Source of the DNA: Anaerolineae bacterium
Lineage (GTDB): Bacteria > Chloroflexota > Anaerolineae > S016-19
NCBI GenBank assembly: GCA_015486235.1
Contig: WFSD01000158.1
Location: 1-43,506 of the forward strand
Direction: 5' to 3'
DNA length: 43,506 nt
The notes beneath the pieces were generated by a model, which worked only from the letters and a program-made list of their open reading frames with translations, was not told the DNA's origin and made no database searches. Positions 35,280 through 43,506 of the stretch are shown here, in pieces (within the stretch, counting starts at the first letter, position 1; each line of letters opens with the position of its first letter). Position numbers and translations under genes: made by a program.

Positions 35280-35420
35280 GTTTTTTCCTCCTCAAACGTC
35301 GTAATTGGACATTGCCACCTCTGGAGCGTGTCAACCCAGGCGCGCGTCCAGAGGTGGGTTATGCAATACAGGCGTTCGTTGGAATGGAGATTTTCTGCGT
35401 TGGCCCCGAACGCCTGATTG

Positions 35421-38138
35421 TTAGAGCTCTCGCAACACTTCGGTCACCTCCATGCGGGCCAGGCGACGGTTAGCAACAAGGGTTGCGATAACCATGCCAG
35501 CGAGTGCCAGCACCACCAGGGTTAGCAACGTATCCCAGGGCACTGCCATGCCTCTCGGGGGAATGGTGTAAAGCATCTTGAGCAGTGAAACGAAGACCCG
35601 TCCCAGGGCAAGGCCAATGGCAAGGCCGATGATCACGCTAAGTCCGCCAACAGTCAGGGATTCTGACCAGAGGACACGGCCGACCTGGGGGGCGGAAGCG
35701 CCAACTGCTCGCATGGCTCCGAACTCCCTTGCCCGCTCGTAGACCATGGCAAGTAGGAAGATGCCCAGCCCCAGCGAGATGATGATGATTGTGTAAAGCA
35801 TCTCGATTGTACCCAACCCACGCAGGTTCAGGCTGGTCATGGAGCTGCCAAGAGCGAGTATGGCTGTATCGATATCCTGAGTTTTGAGCGGCACCTGTTT
35901 TCCTAATGTTTTCTGCAAACGCGCAGCTACTTTCCCAGGGGTACCACTGGTTTTGACCAGGAAGTAATTGATTTTGTCGTTGTGAGTGACCTGCTGCATC
36001 AAAGCCTGGTTCATGACAAGAAAACTGTCCTGTTGGGCTGTGGGAAAGAACCGAATTACGCCCACTGCCTGCAATCGCGTTTCGACGTACCGGCTATTAC
36101 TACGGACATCTGGCAGGCGCACGATAACCGGGTCGCCGGGACGGATATCGTACGCAGTTGCCAGTTCCTGACTCACCAGCACCCCGTTGGGCGTCCTGGC
36201 TAGTTCCCGCAATGCCTGTCCTGCCGAAATGTTGGCAAAGAACTTGTCAGGGGGGTGAACGGCACTGGCATACGTCCGTGGCTCAATGCCGAACACAGTT
36301 TGCAGGCTCGAACCCACGTAGGCTCTTGTTCGCTGGATTGGCGTGACGGCGCTGACACCCCTTACCTTCGCAACTTGAGCGGCGAAAGCGGAAGTTTGCT
36401 GAGAAGAACTGGCGGGGGTCAGCTTGATGTCTGCTCCCAATTCATAGCGGGCATCCACAGCCTTCTGAACCTGGTAGGTATGGACGAAGATCCCCAGGCT
36501 GACGCCGAAGGAAAGGGCCAGCGAAACAATGACCACGGCTGAGGCGATTTTGGGCGCACGGCGGACGATGCTCCTCCCTGCCATATGACCCAGGTCACCA
36601 AACAAAGCACGCAACAGGCTCTGAATCCCCCGAGCGCTGCGGCTGATACCGCCGGCCAGGACGCGGCTCAGCAACAACGTCAGGCCAATCCACAGAAAGA
36701 ATGGTGCCAGAAAGACGAAGAACCCCAGAGACATGGTGGCACCTTCGGCCCCTTCCACCGGTTTGAATCCGCCGCCTTGCCGGGTTACCCAGAAGATCAC
36801 GCCCGCTATAACAAGGCTGATGAGATCCAGGTACGCGCGTGCCCAGAAGGGCGGCTTGGCATCATGCTCGGCCTGCCTGCGTTCCTGGGATATCTCTCGA
36901 TTAAGGGTGGCGCGTATCGGCAGGTAAGTGGCCGCGCCTGTCAGGAGCAAGCCGGCTACGAACGCATATACCACGGAACGGAGATAGAGCGGCCAGGCAG
37001 CGGGGTAGATGGCGGTGACGCCGAAAAGCCCCGCTGTCGTTGCAAAACCAGCCAACAGGCCCAGCACCGTGCCGATCAAGGCGATGATGAAACTGGCTAT
37101 ACCCATCGTCAGCATGATCTGACCCGGGGTGGCGCCACGTGCACGCAGTAAGCCGATTTCCTGCCGCTGTGGGCCAACCAGCAGGTCCGTTGCGTATTTG
37201 GAGAGATAGGCTGCCAGGGCCACGCCAGGCATCCCCAAGAAGAGGAAGAGCAACTTGGCCCAAAGTGCATCCGATTTGGCTTTTTTCAGGGCGCTTGCCA
37301 GGTTGTTGGTGATCTTGATCTCGCCGGGGAATTGCTTTTCCACGCGCCTGCGCAAGGTGTCCACAAAGAGCAAAGCCTTGCTCGGATCTGCTGGCAACAG
37401 GGAATGATCAGTTTCCACATGGAGTTCGTATAGCGGTTTCTGCGCCGGGATCGGCTTCGCATCGGGATTGCTTGGCGTGGGCGGGTTGGTCAGTGGCCTT
37501 GCCAGGTCGGCCTGCCAGCGCTGCGGCGTCATGAAAATGTCGTAAGGCTTTGGATTGTATTCCCCCTCGTGTGCCGGATTGGTGGCCGCAAAGAGAAAAT
37601 AAGCGCCTGTAGGATCCACAATGCCTGCGATTTTTGCCTGGTACGGGTGTGGCATCTGGTCGAAGTTGACAGCGACTGTATCGCCAATGTTCACCCCCAG
37701 GGCATTTGCTGCTGCCTGGCTGATGAGTAAACCTGATGAATCCGCCCGGCCGCGGAGCAGGCGCAGCGCTTTGAATGTCTGATAGTAAGAAGGGTTCAAG
37801 ACGAATACTTTTCCCGCTGGGGTAGTTTGAGTACCGCTGGGGAGCGCGAGGCTTGTGAAATCGGCGATGATTACCGGTTCCACCTGGGTAACAAAGGGTT
37901 CTTTCCGGAGCGCATTTATGACTGGCGTCATATCCGGCTTTGCCAGCGTAGAACGCACCTGCATGTCCACGGGTACAGGCTTAACGGCGGCCTGGGTCAT
38001 GCGGTCTGCTGAGGCATCGACGAAAAAGAGGATGCTGGAGAAAAGGCCTACAGCCAAGACCAGGCCGAACAGATAGGTCAACGTGCGACGTCCATTGCGT
38101 AGCAGAAGTTTTAAGGCATAGTCAAGGTAAGGTGTCAT
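35421..38138 (-). CDS. large FtsX-family ABC permease (two FtsX modules, about 10 TM)
   Basis: 905 aa. Two large extracytoplasmic domains are each followed by TM bundles. The C-terminal motif is ANRRLARMEVTEVLREL, and an internal one is PIRATLNREI. Confidence 0.88.
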   Translation of the reverse strand: MTPYLDYALKLLLRNGRRTLTYLFGLVLAVGLFSSILFFVDASADRMTQAAVKPVPVDMQVRSTLAKPDMTPVINALRKEPFVTQVEPVIIADFTSLALPSGTQTTPAGKVFVLNPSYYQTFKALRLLRGRADSSGLLISQAAANALGVNIGDTVAVNFDQMPHPYQAKIAGIVDPTGAYFLFAATNPAHEGEYNPKPYDIFMTPQRWQADLARPLTNPPTPSNPDAKPIPAQKPLYELHVETDHSLLPADPSKALLFVDTLRRRVEKQFPGEIKITNNLASALKKAKSDALWAKLLFLFLGMPGVALAAYLSKYATDLLVGPQRQEIGLLRARGATPGQIMLTMGIASFIIALIGTVLGLLAGFATTAGLFGVTAIYPAAWPLYLRSVVYAFVAGLLLTGAATYLPIRATLNREISQERRQAEHDAKPPFWARAYLDLISLVIAGVIFWVTRQGGGFKPVEGAEGATMSLGFFVFLAPFFLWIGLTLLLSRVLAGGISRSARGIQSLLRALFGDLGHMAGRSIVRRAPKIASAVVIVSLALSFGVSLGIFVHTYQVQKAVDARYELGADIKLTPASSSQQTSAFAAQVAKVRGVSAVTPIQRTRAYVGSSLQTVFGIEPRTYASAVHPPDKFFANISAGQALRELARTPNGVLVSQELATAYDIRPGDPVIVRLPDVRSNSRYVETRLQAVGVIRFFPTAQQDSFLVMNQALMQQVTHNDKINYFLVKTSGTPGKVAARLQKTLGKQVPLKTQDIDTAILALGSSMTSLNLRGLGTIEMLYTIIIISLGLGIFLLAMVYERAREFGAMRAVGASAPQVGRVLWSESLTVGGLSVIIGLAIGLALGRVFVSLLKMLYTIPPRGMAVPWDTLLTLVVLALAGMVIATLVANRRLARMEVTEVLREL

Positions 38139-38149
38139 CTGTCCCCTCC

Positions 38150-38830
38150 TTAATCTATCTCGATTTGCCCATCGCGCATATGCACTGTGCGGCGGGCGCG
38201 GGCGGCATCTTCCGGAGCGTGGGTAACCATGACCAAGGTAACGCGTTCGGTGCGGTTCAAGTCGGCCAACAAGTCCATAATCTCGGCTGCGGTGGCGCTA
38301 TCCAGGTTGCCAGTGGGCTCGTCGGCCAGGATCAAGTTGGGGTTGTTTGCCAGGGCCCGGGCTATCGCCACACGTTGTTTCTGTCCGCCGGAGAGCTCGT
38401 CCGGCAGGAAATCCGCTTTATCGACCAGCCCAACCCTCGCCAACAGGTCGAGCGAGCGCAGATGACGCTCGGGCTCAGGAACGCCCGCGAGCACCAATGG
38501 GAACTCCACATTCTCGGCCGCGGTAAGGTCCACCAGCAAATCGTATGACTGGAATACGAATCCGATGTGCTGCCGTCGCAAGCGAGCACGATCGCGTTCG
38601 TTTAGCTTGAAGATATCTTGCCCTTCCACGAAAACCTGGCCTGCCGAAGGCTTCATCAGGCCACCTGCAATACTGAGAAGCGTACTCTTGCCGCAGCCGC
38701 TGGGGCCGACGATGGCAACGAATTCACCACGTTCAACCTTCATGTCGATGCCCCGCAGAGCATGGATGGTGACACCATTCATATGGTAGGATTTTGTCAG
38801 ATTCTTAGTGTGTAAGACGAACTCACCCAT
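38150..38830 (-). CDS. ABC transporter ATP-binding protein (MacB/LolD type, canonical motifs)
   Basis: [40 protein letters not shown] and VTH are all present. Confidence 0.9.
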   Translation of the reverse strand: MGEFVLHTKNLTKSYHMNGVTIHALRGIDMKVERGEFVAIVGPSGCGKSTLLSIAGGLMKPSAGQVFVEGQDIFKLNERDRARLRRQHIGFVFQSYDLLVDLTAAENVEFPLVLAGVPEPERHLRSLDLLARVGLVDKADFLPDELSGGQKQRVAIARALANNPNLILADEPTGNLDSATAAEIMDLLADLNRTERVTLVMVTHAPEDAARARRTVHMRDGQIEID

Positions 38831-39548
38831 CAGATTCCTCCGTGATAATCAATCCATCGTCGATGTGTAAAACCCGCTGTGCGCGCGCTGCCACCCGGCG
38901 GTTGTGCGTGACGACCAGCAAAGACATCTGTTGCTCTTCATGTAGGCGCTTGAGCAAGTCCATGACCTGCTGAGTGGTTTCGGTATCCAGCTCTCCTGTC
39001 AATTCATCTGCGAGCAGTAAATCGGGTTCATTGACCAGGGCGATGGCAATGCCCACCCGTTGTGCCTCGCCGCCGGAGAGCTGGTTGACTTTGTGGTGCA
39101 GGCGTTCGCCCAGGCCAAGATCGGTGAGCAATTGGGTGGCGCGCTGGCATGCCTTGTCCACGGAAACACCGTTCCAGGTCATAGGGAGCATCACGTTTTC
39201 GAGAGCGGTCAGGAAGGGAATCAGGTTGCCCGTCTGGAAGACGAGGCCGATATGTTGACGCCGATAGGCGGCGCGCTCGGATTCGTTCATGTGCGCGATG
39301 TCCTGCCCCTTCAAAATGACCCGGCCGGCGCTGGGCGTATCCAGTCCGCCGATCAGGTTCAGTAGTGTGGTCTTGCCAGCACCGGAACGTCCCTGGATGG
39401 CGACAAATTCGCTTGGTTTCACATCCAGCGCCGCACCCTGCAAGGCGACAGTTTCCACGTCGCTTTCCTTGTATATCTTGAACACCCGTAGCACGGAAAG
39501 CAAAGCGCCTCCGGCGTCGAAGAATCGATGAGTACGTCTTGCTGTCAT
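38823..39548 (-). CDS. ABC transporter ATP-binding protein (second, divergent copy)
   Basis: GRSGAGKTT, LVFQ and LSGGEAQRVGIAIAL, with Walker B/D-loop LLLADELTGELD (P to L and N to E relative to the canonical form). It has an 8-nt overlap with the next ATPase gene. Confidence 0.88.
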   Translation of the reverse strand: MTARRTHRFFDAGGALLSVLRVFKIYKESDVETVALQGAALDVKPSEFVAIQGRSGAGKTTLLNLIGGLDTPSAGRVILKGQDIAHMNESERAAYRRQHIGLVFQTGNLIPFLTALENVMLPMTWNGVSVDKACQRATQLLTDLGLGERLHHKVNQLSGGEAQRVGIAIALVNEPDLLLADELTGELDTETTQQVMDLLKRLHEEQQMSLLVVTHNRRVAARAQRVLHIDDGLIITEESDG

Positions 39549-39562
39549 GGTGTATCTCCTTG

Positions 39563-40531
39563 TTACTTCTTCCAGGCGAATCCGACCAATATCTTATCAA
39601 AGACCTCTGTCAAGTCGCCGTAAAAGGCATAGGGGGCAACAAAAGTGACGTGACCCAACTTACCGGTGGGTCCGCCACCGATGAAAACCTGGCTGGCGAT
39701 GAAGCGCAAATGCTTACCGGTCACCGGGTTAGTCCCAGCCTCGTACTCGTAGATCAGGCTGGCGGCAGGCAAGCCGTGAACATCGCCCTTTTGCAAGCCC
39801 AGCCTCCTGTAGCCAGTGGCGCCGTTGGCTTTGGATGCATCCAGTGCCTGAGCGGCCTGGCCCGGGGTCTCGCCGCCGGCTGGGATGACTTCGGCCTCGG
39901 CGTACCATTTTTCTTGGGTGGAGCGCAGGCTGTTTGGCACCTTGCCGGGTCCTTGCTTCCATTTGTCCACGAAGAGGATGCTGAACTGCCCTTTGGGGCC
40001 AAGAGCTCGGACCATGCGTTCCTCGCCAAGCTGGGAAAGGGCGGGGTCGTTGCTTGCTGGCGCGGGCGGCAGTCCGCCGGGATTAGTCAGTGTCGGGCCG
40101 CGCGGGGCCTCCGCACCTTTACCTCCTTCACCACCTCCTCCCTCACCACCAGGTTTTTCCGGATTGGTCGAAGGGTTTGCAGGAGCCGGAGGCAGCTCGG
40201 TGGAGTTGGCCGACGCAGGGCTGTTCGATGCTGCCGCACCACCATTCCCTTCGCCGGAGCCTCCACCGCGACTCACCTCTCCTGCATTGATGGAAGGGTT
40301 TGCAGGAGCCGGAGGCAGCTCGTTGGAGTTGGCCGAAGCAGGGCCGTTCGATGCCGCTGCGCCACCGTTCCCTTTACCGCTGCCTCCTCTTTTGGTGGCG
40401 GGGCTTGCCGGAACCGAGGTGGTAGCAGAAGCGGAAGAAGTGGCTTGCCTGGGCGTGTGCTGCGCACAAGCTGCCAGCACTACTCCAGCGATAAGCACCG
40501 GGGTTAGCAGGGTACCGAGTTTTTGTTTCAT
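39563..40531 (-). CDS. lipoprotein with low-complexity tandem repeats and a globular C-terminal domain
   Basis: Signal plus lipobox VVLAACAQ. Two 41-aa repeats (GxGNGGAAASNxPASANSxELPPAPANPS). First gene of the FtsX-type ABC cluster. Confidence 0.7.
   Translation of the reverse strand: MKQKLGTLLTPVLIAGVVLAACAQHTPRQATSSASATTSVPASPATKRGGSGKGNGGAAASNGPASANSNELPPAPANPSINAGEVSRGGGSGEGNGGAAASNSPASANSTELPPAPANPSTNPEKPGGEGGGGEGGKGAEAPRGPTLTNPGGLPPAPASNDPALSQLGEERMVRALGPKGQFSILFVDKWKQGPGKVPNSLRSTQEKWYAEAEVIPAGGETPGQAAQALDASKANGATGYRRLGLQKGDVHGLPAASLIYEYEAGTNPVTGKHLRFIASQVFIGGGPTGKLGHVTFVAPYAFYGDLTEVFDKILVGFAWKK
40171..40410. repeat. 123-bp tandem duplication (about 2 copies) inside the lipoprotein gene
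   Basis: AAGGGTTTGCAGGAGCCGGAGGCAGCTCG.TGGAGTTGGCCGA.GCAGGGC.GTTCGATGC recurs at 40171 and 40294, with a few substitutions. Confidence 0.8.
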
Positions 40532-40637
40532 TTTTTGCCTCCTCTATTTCTCATCTTGGATTGGTGTAAGAGAATGCTGTAACCAATGCGCGGTGGTCTA
40601 CTCACAGGGATAATCGCAAGCAAGTCCGGCTACCCCC

Positions 40638-42029
40638 TTACTGCCGGAGCTTATCTGCTACCGTTTGGCTTCCCGTCGGCCGGCCGTTTTTGTTGGCGGG
40701 CGTGACGTAGAAGAAATCGCGCCAGAACCGTTTCAAATAACGCCCATCATTTTGATATTTCATCGCCCTGAATAGCGGAGCGGTTCGCAGCAGACCATTA
40801 TTGCACCCGATAGCATCAAAGTGGACCCAGTACTTATTTATGTCCAACTGCATGGCCTGATAGGCCCCGACTGCGGAGAGGGTTCTCGCCAGCACAGGCA
40901 GCGTGAGGTAATCCCCTGCAACGTAATAGAGAGTTCGTCCGTCCTTACTGATTCCTAGGGCAGAGCGCGAGACAGCTATTGCTCCCTTTACGGTAATTCC
41001 CCAGTCTTTGGGGGCGTAATCGGCTGTATGAGGGTTGATTTTTCCGTTGTGAATTACGAGTGGGCCGTTCTGCCTCCACACTGAAATATCCGGCGTCGAC
41101 TTAATCTCAGTTCCCCACATTCCAATGCGAACATGGCCATTTTTGTATATTGCCACCGTTCCCAGGCCCTGCCGAGGTGGTAGCACGGTAACACCATGTA
41201 CCATGACTCCAAAATGTCCGTGGCGGGCTTTGAATCCGCCGTTGAACACGGCAATCAGGCGACCGCATCGGAAATCCTGAGGGGGGATACGCCCCGGGCG
41301 CTGAATTTTCACCCTTGAGAATGGTTCTTTTGTGCCAAGGACAAAATGCAGCCTTATCGCCTTAAGATCAAAAGCGATGATACCGGCTGTGGCGTACGGG
41401 CGCCTGGGGTCAGGATGTAAGAAAGCGCGATATGCAATCACTCGACCTATAGGTTCGCGTAGATAAACCGCCCATTGCCCTTCTCCGGATTGATGGTTGT
41501 CCATCGTTTTTATTGGCGGGAGCGACCATGCTGGTGGCGCAGCAGGCGTTGGCAGTGGCCTCGGCGTAAGGATAAAGGTGGGTACTACCATTGGCAGGGA
41601 AGGTGTCTCTACCGACTTTGATGTTCGAACCGCGACAACTGGGAGAAGGGCGGAAACGTGCATGGGTGACAGGGTTCTAGGCGTCCGCACGCGGGGATGC
41701 GCCGGCGTACTTGTGGCCGTGATGGCGTGACTTATTTGCACAGGCTGTTGTCGGATCCGAGGAGGACGGGCCACCTTCCAGGGGGGCGAAGGCTTTATGA
41801 TGCCAAGATTGTACTCCCAGGCACGCATATCGTCTTCTGTTTGGAAGACGACTGTCTCCACCTGGGCTACGGCCCTATCACCGAGAATCCCTCGCAATGT
41901 ATCTACCGACGAGGCTCCAATGGCAGGCCATACGCTGGTAACGCTGAACAGCGCCACAGCTACCGTTATCAGGCTCAATACGCATAACAGAGCTATTCTG
42001 AAAACTGGTGTATCCATCTTTTTGATCAT
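40638..42029 (-). CDS. phosphodiester glycosidase family protein (DUF2233) with N-terminal membrane anchor
   Basis: FNGGFKARHGHFG, SRSALGISKDGRTLYYVAGD and AMQLDIN are DUF2233-type motifs. ATG 42029 (MIKKMDTPVFRIALLCVL) is preferred over the maximal ORF start at 42110. Confidence 0.8.
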   Translation of the reverse strand: MIKKMDTPVFRIALLCVLSLITVAVALFSVTSVWPAIGASSVDTLRGILGDRAVAQVETVVFQTEDDMRAWEYNLGIIKPSPPWKVARPPRIRQQPVQISHAITATSTPAHPRVRTPRTLSPMHVSALLPVVAVRTSKSVETPSLPMVVPTFILTPRPLPTPAAPPAWSLPPIKTMDNHQSGEGQWAVYLREPIGRVIAYRAFLHPDPRRPYATAGIIAFDLKAIRLHFVLGTKEPFSRVKIQRPGRIPPQDFRCGRLIAVFNGGFKARHGHFGVMVHGVTVLPPRQGLGTVAIYKNGHVRIGMWGTEIKSTPDISVWRQNGPLVIHNGKINPHTADYAPKDWGITVKGAIAVSRSALGISKDGRTLYYVAGDYLTLPVLARTLSAVGAYQAMQLDINKYWVHFDAIGCNNGLLRTAPLFRAMKYQNDGRYLKRFWRDFFYVTPANKNGRPTGSQTVADKLRQ

Positions 42030-42118
42030 TGGAATCCCCTTCCGACGATGCGGAATGTGGCCCAGACGTCGGAAGGGCGCTGGAAAAACCCAGCGCCCTT
42101 CATCACACAAACTGCTAC

Positions 42119-42679
42119 TTAACCTTCAAAATCTTGCTCACCACCTCCCTGGTCCGGGCCACCCTGCTCGGTGTGAAGAATTTTGCCGTTGCCGGCATCT
42201 ACCTTCACATCCGCACCGTTGCTTAGCTCCACGCCGTACACCAACACACCATTTTCATTGTCCAGTTCGGTCTTGACGACCGTGGTGCCTGGGTTGGCGG
42301 CCAGGGCTGCCGCTTCAGCGTCCTTTGCCGAGATTTTGGCCTTGCCCTGCAGAGCAGCGGCCTCGTCAGCTTCACTCATACCCTCGGTCGCTTTCTGGTC
42401 GACTGCAATGCTGCCGGTGTAGGAAGGAGACTGAACCTGCTTCCCTCCCTGATCCTTCTCTCCCGGAAGCTCTTTCGCTTCCTTAGCTTCAGGTTTTTCG
42501 GTTCCCTTTGCCTCGGGCTTGTCGACCCCCTGACGTGTCTGCTGCTGAACCTGCGACTGAACGTTGCTGGGAGTCGCCGTTGGCGTGGAGTGCTGAGCGA
42601 GTGCCGCCCCGATGCCAACGCTCCCGAGGAGCAACGACATCGCCAGCGCGATCCCTGCGACTTTCTTACTGACTTTCAT
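42119..42679 (-). CDS. PepSY domain-containing secreted protein
   Basis: Signal peptide, charged low-complexity linker, and C-terminal ISAKDAEAAALAANPGTTVVKTELDNENGVLVYGVELSNGADVKVDAGNGKIL (PepSY pattern). Confidence 0.8.
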   Translation of the reverse strand: MKVSKKVAGIALAMSLLLGSVGIGAALAQHSTPTATPSNVQSQVQQQTRQGVDKPEAKGTEKPEAKEAKELPGEKDQGGKQVQSPSYTGSIAVDQKATEGMSEADEAAALQGKAKISAKDAEAAALAANPGTTVVKTELDNENGVLVYGVELSNGADVKVDAGNGKILHTEQGGPDQGGGEQDFEG

Positions 42680-43506
42680 CTTTACACACCTCCAGAACTA
42701 AGATTTTGTTCTCCTGAACAATGCCCGATTGCATTGTTCTGGTTACCATTGTAGCGGGTGAGTGTAAGAACATGGTGAAGCATAGGTAAGAAATCTCTAA
42801 GTTTTTCTGGGTACGTCCTCGGGGAGATGGTCTCCACCGGTACAGACGCTTAGTCCCTCGACCTTCTCAAGTCCTGACAAACGCAACGCTGCAAAAAGAG
42901 GCAAAGACGCAAAGCTTTTAAGACCTCCGTGTCTCTCGTCGCACCTTTGCGTTGGAATCGGGTCGGCGCCATTCATTTGGTGGGCCCTGAAAGCAGACCA
43001 GCAGCGGAATTTGAGATATATGAATGCTATGCACTCAATACCTTACCGCCCGATGTCCGAACTTTTGTCTGAACTTCAGGTGTAAGCCTGATGCCATGAG
43101 ATTGGATATAATCCATAAGAACGCTAACTTTGCTGACCTTGCAGATTGACGCAGAAAACTTTTGGGAATCTGTGGGAATCAGTGCGTTCCTGCGTCATCG
43201 GCGTTCTATTTTCGGAGTGGGGGGTTGCTGCCCGCTCGGCCTGTAGCCACCGTAGGGACTTTGCGGCTTACTGGGAAGCTATGAAATTTTGAAGAACGAT
43301 ATGGTTTCTCACCATTTTCTCATGTTTGTGCGTTATACTTCATAGCGGGATAACAGGGTAGTGTTTCTCCACAATTGGGATAAATCTGGCAGGCATCGAT
43401 GAAGTCTCACTTGAGGCTCCGATGCCTTCTATCATCCCGCATTCAGGAGTGCAGAGACGCGCCTCCCTGGCGCGGCACGAGAGAATCGGACCGCTGCGCC
43501 GACGAA

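Noticed and set aside
40171-40410. Possible CRISPR-like or VNTR array (also considered for 15985-16170)
   Set aside because: There are only two copies, they are directly adjacent without unique spacers, and they are in frame within coding sequence. No cas genes are in the window.
39539-40613. Two long plus-strand ORFs (322 aa and 242 aa) opposite the lipoprotein gene
   Set aside because: They are G/R/A/P-rich translations of the low-complexity repeat region. The minus-strand gene has a signal peptide with a lipobox and sits in the operon, so it is the real one.

Overview
About 43.5 kb of moderately GC-rich bacterial DNA. The protein flavour looks Chloroflexota-like, but that is low confidence. 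All calls come from reading motifs by eye; no database search was run.

**Left end (1-2.3 kb).** The tail of a riboflavin operon (ribD-ribE) lies on the minus strand. Its FMN riboswitch is separated from ribD by a truncated, frameshifted ABC-ATPase remnant.

**3.5-8.9 kb.** A plus-strand signalling operon: a Cache/PAS/GAF sensor kinase, a CheY-like receiver and a REC-GAF-HD-GYP protein.

**9-31 kb.** A heavily decayed accessory island containing:
- two IS elements, both with frameshifted transposases; one sits inside hicA with a reconstructable 5-bp target duplication
- at least seven toxin-antitoxin-type modules: HicAB, Phd/VapC, PIN remnants plus an RHH antitoxin, AbiEi/AbiEii, UPF0175/nucleotidyltransferase and a TumA/TumE-like pair
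- an Arch-ATPase/DUF234 gene with a kinase-like stub
- several deletion fusions: sigma fragment::repeat protein, ABC ATPase::last FtsX helix, padR::ftsH

**Most interesting candidate (19.2-22.4 kb).** An intact, translationally coupled three-gene operon AbiEi-AbiEii-KAP P-loop NTPase. It looks like an extended AbiE-type abortive-infection or defence module.

**Right third (31-43.5 kb).** An ABC-2 exporter, an HtrA protease, a MacB/FtsX-type exporter with two different ATPases, a lipoprotein with a 123-bp tandem repeat, a DUF2233 glycosidase, a PepSY protein and an ORF-free 0.8-kb tail.

No rRNA, tRNA or CRISPR array was seen.
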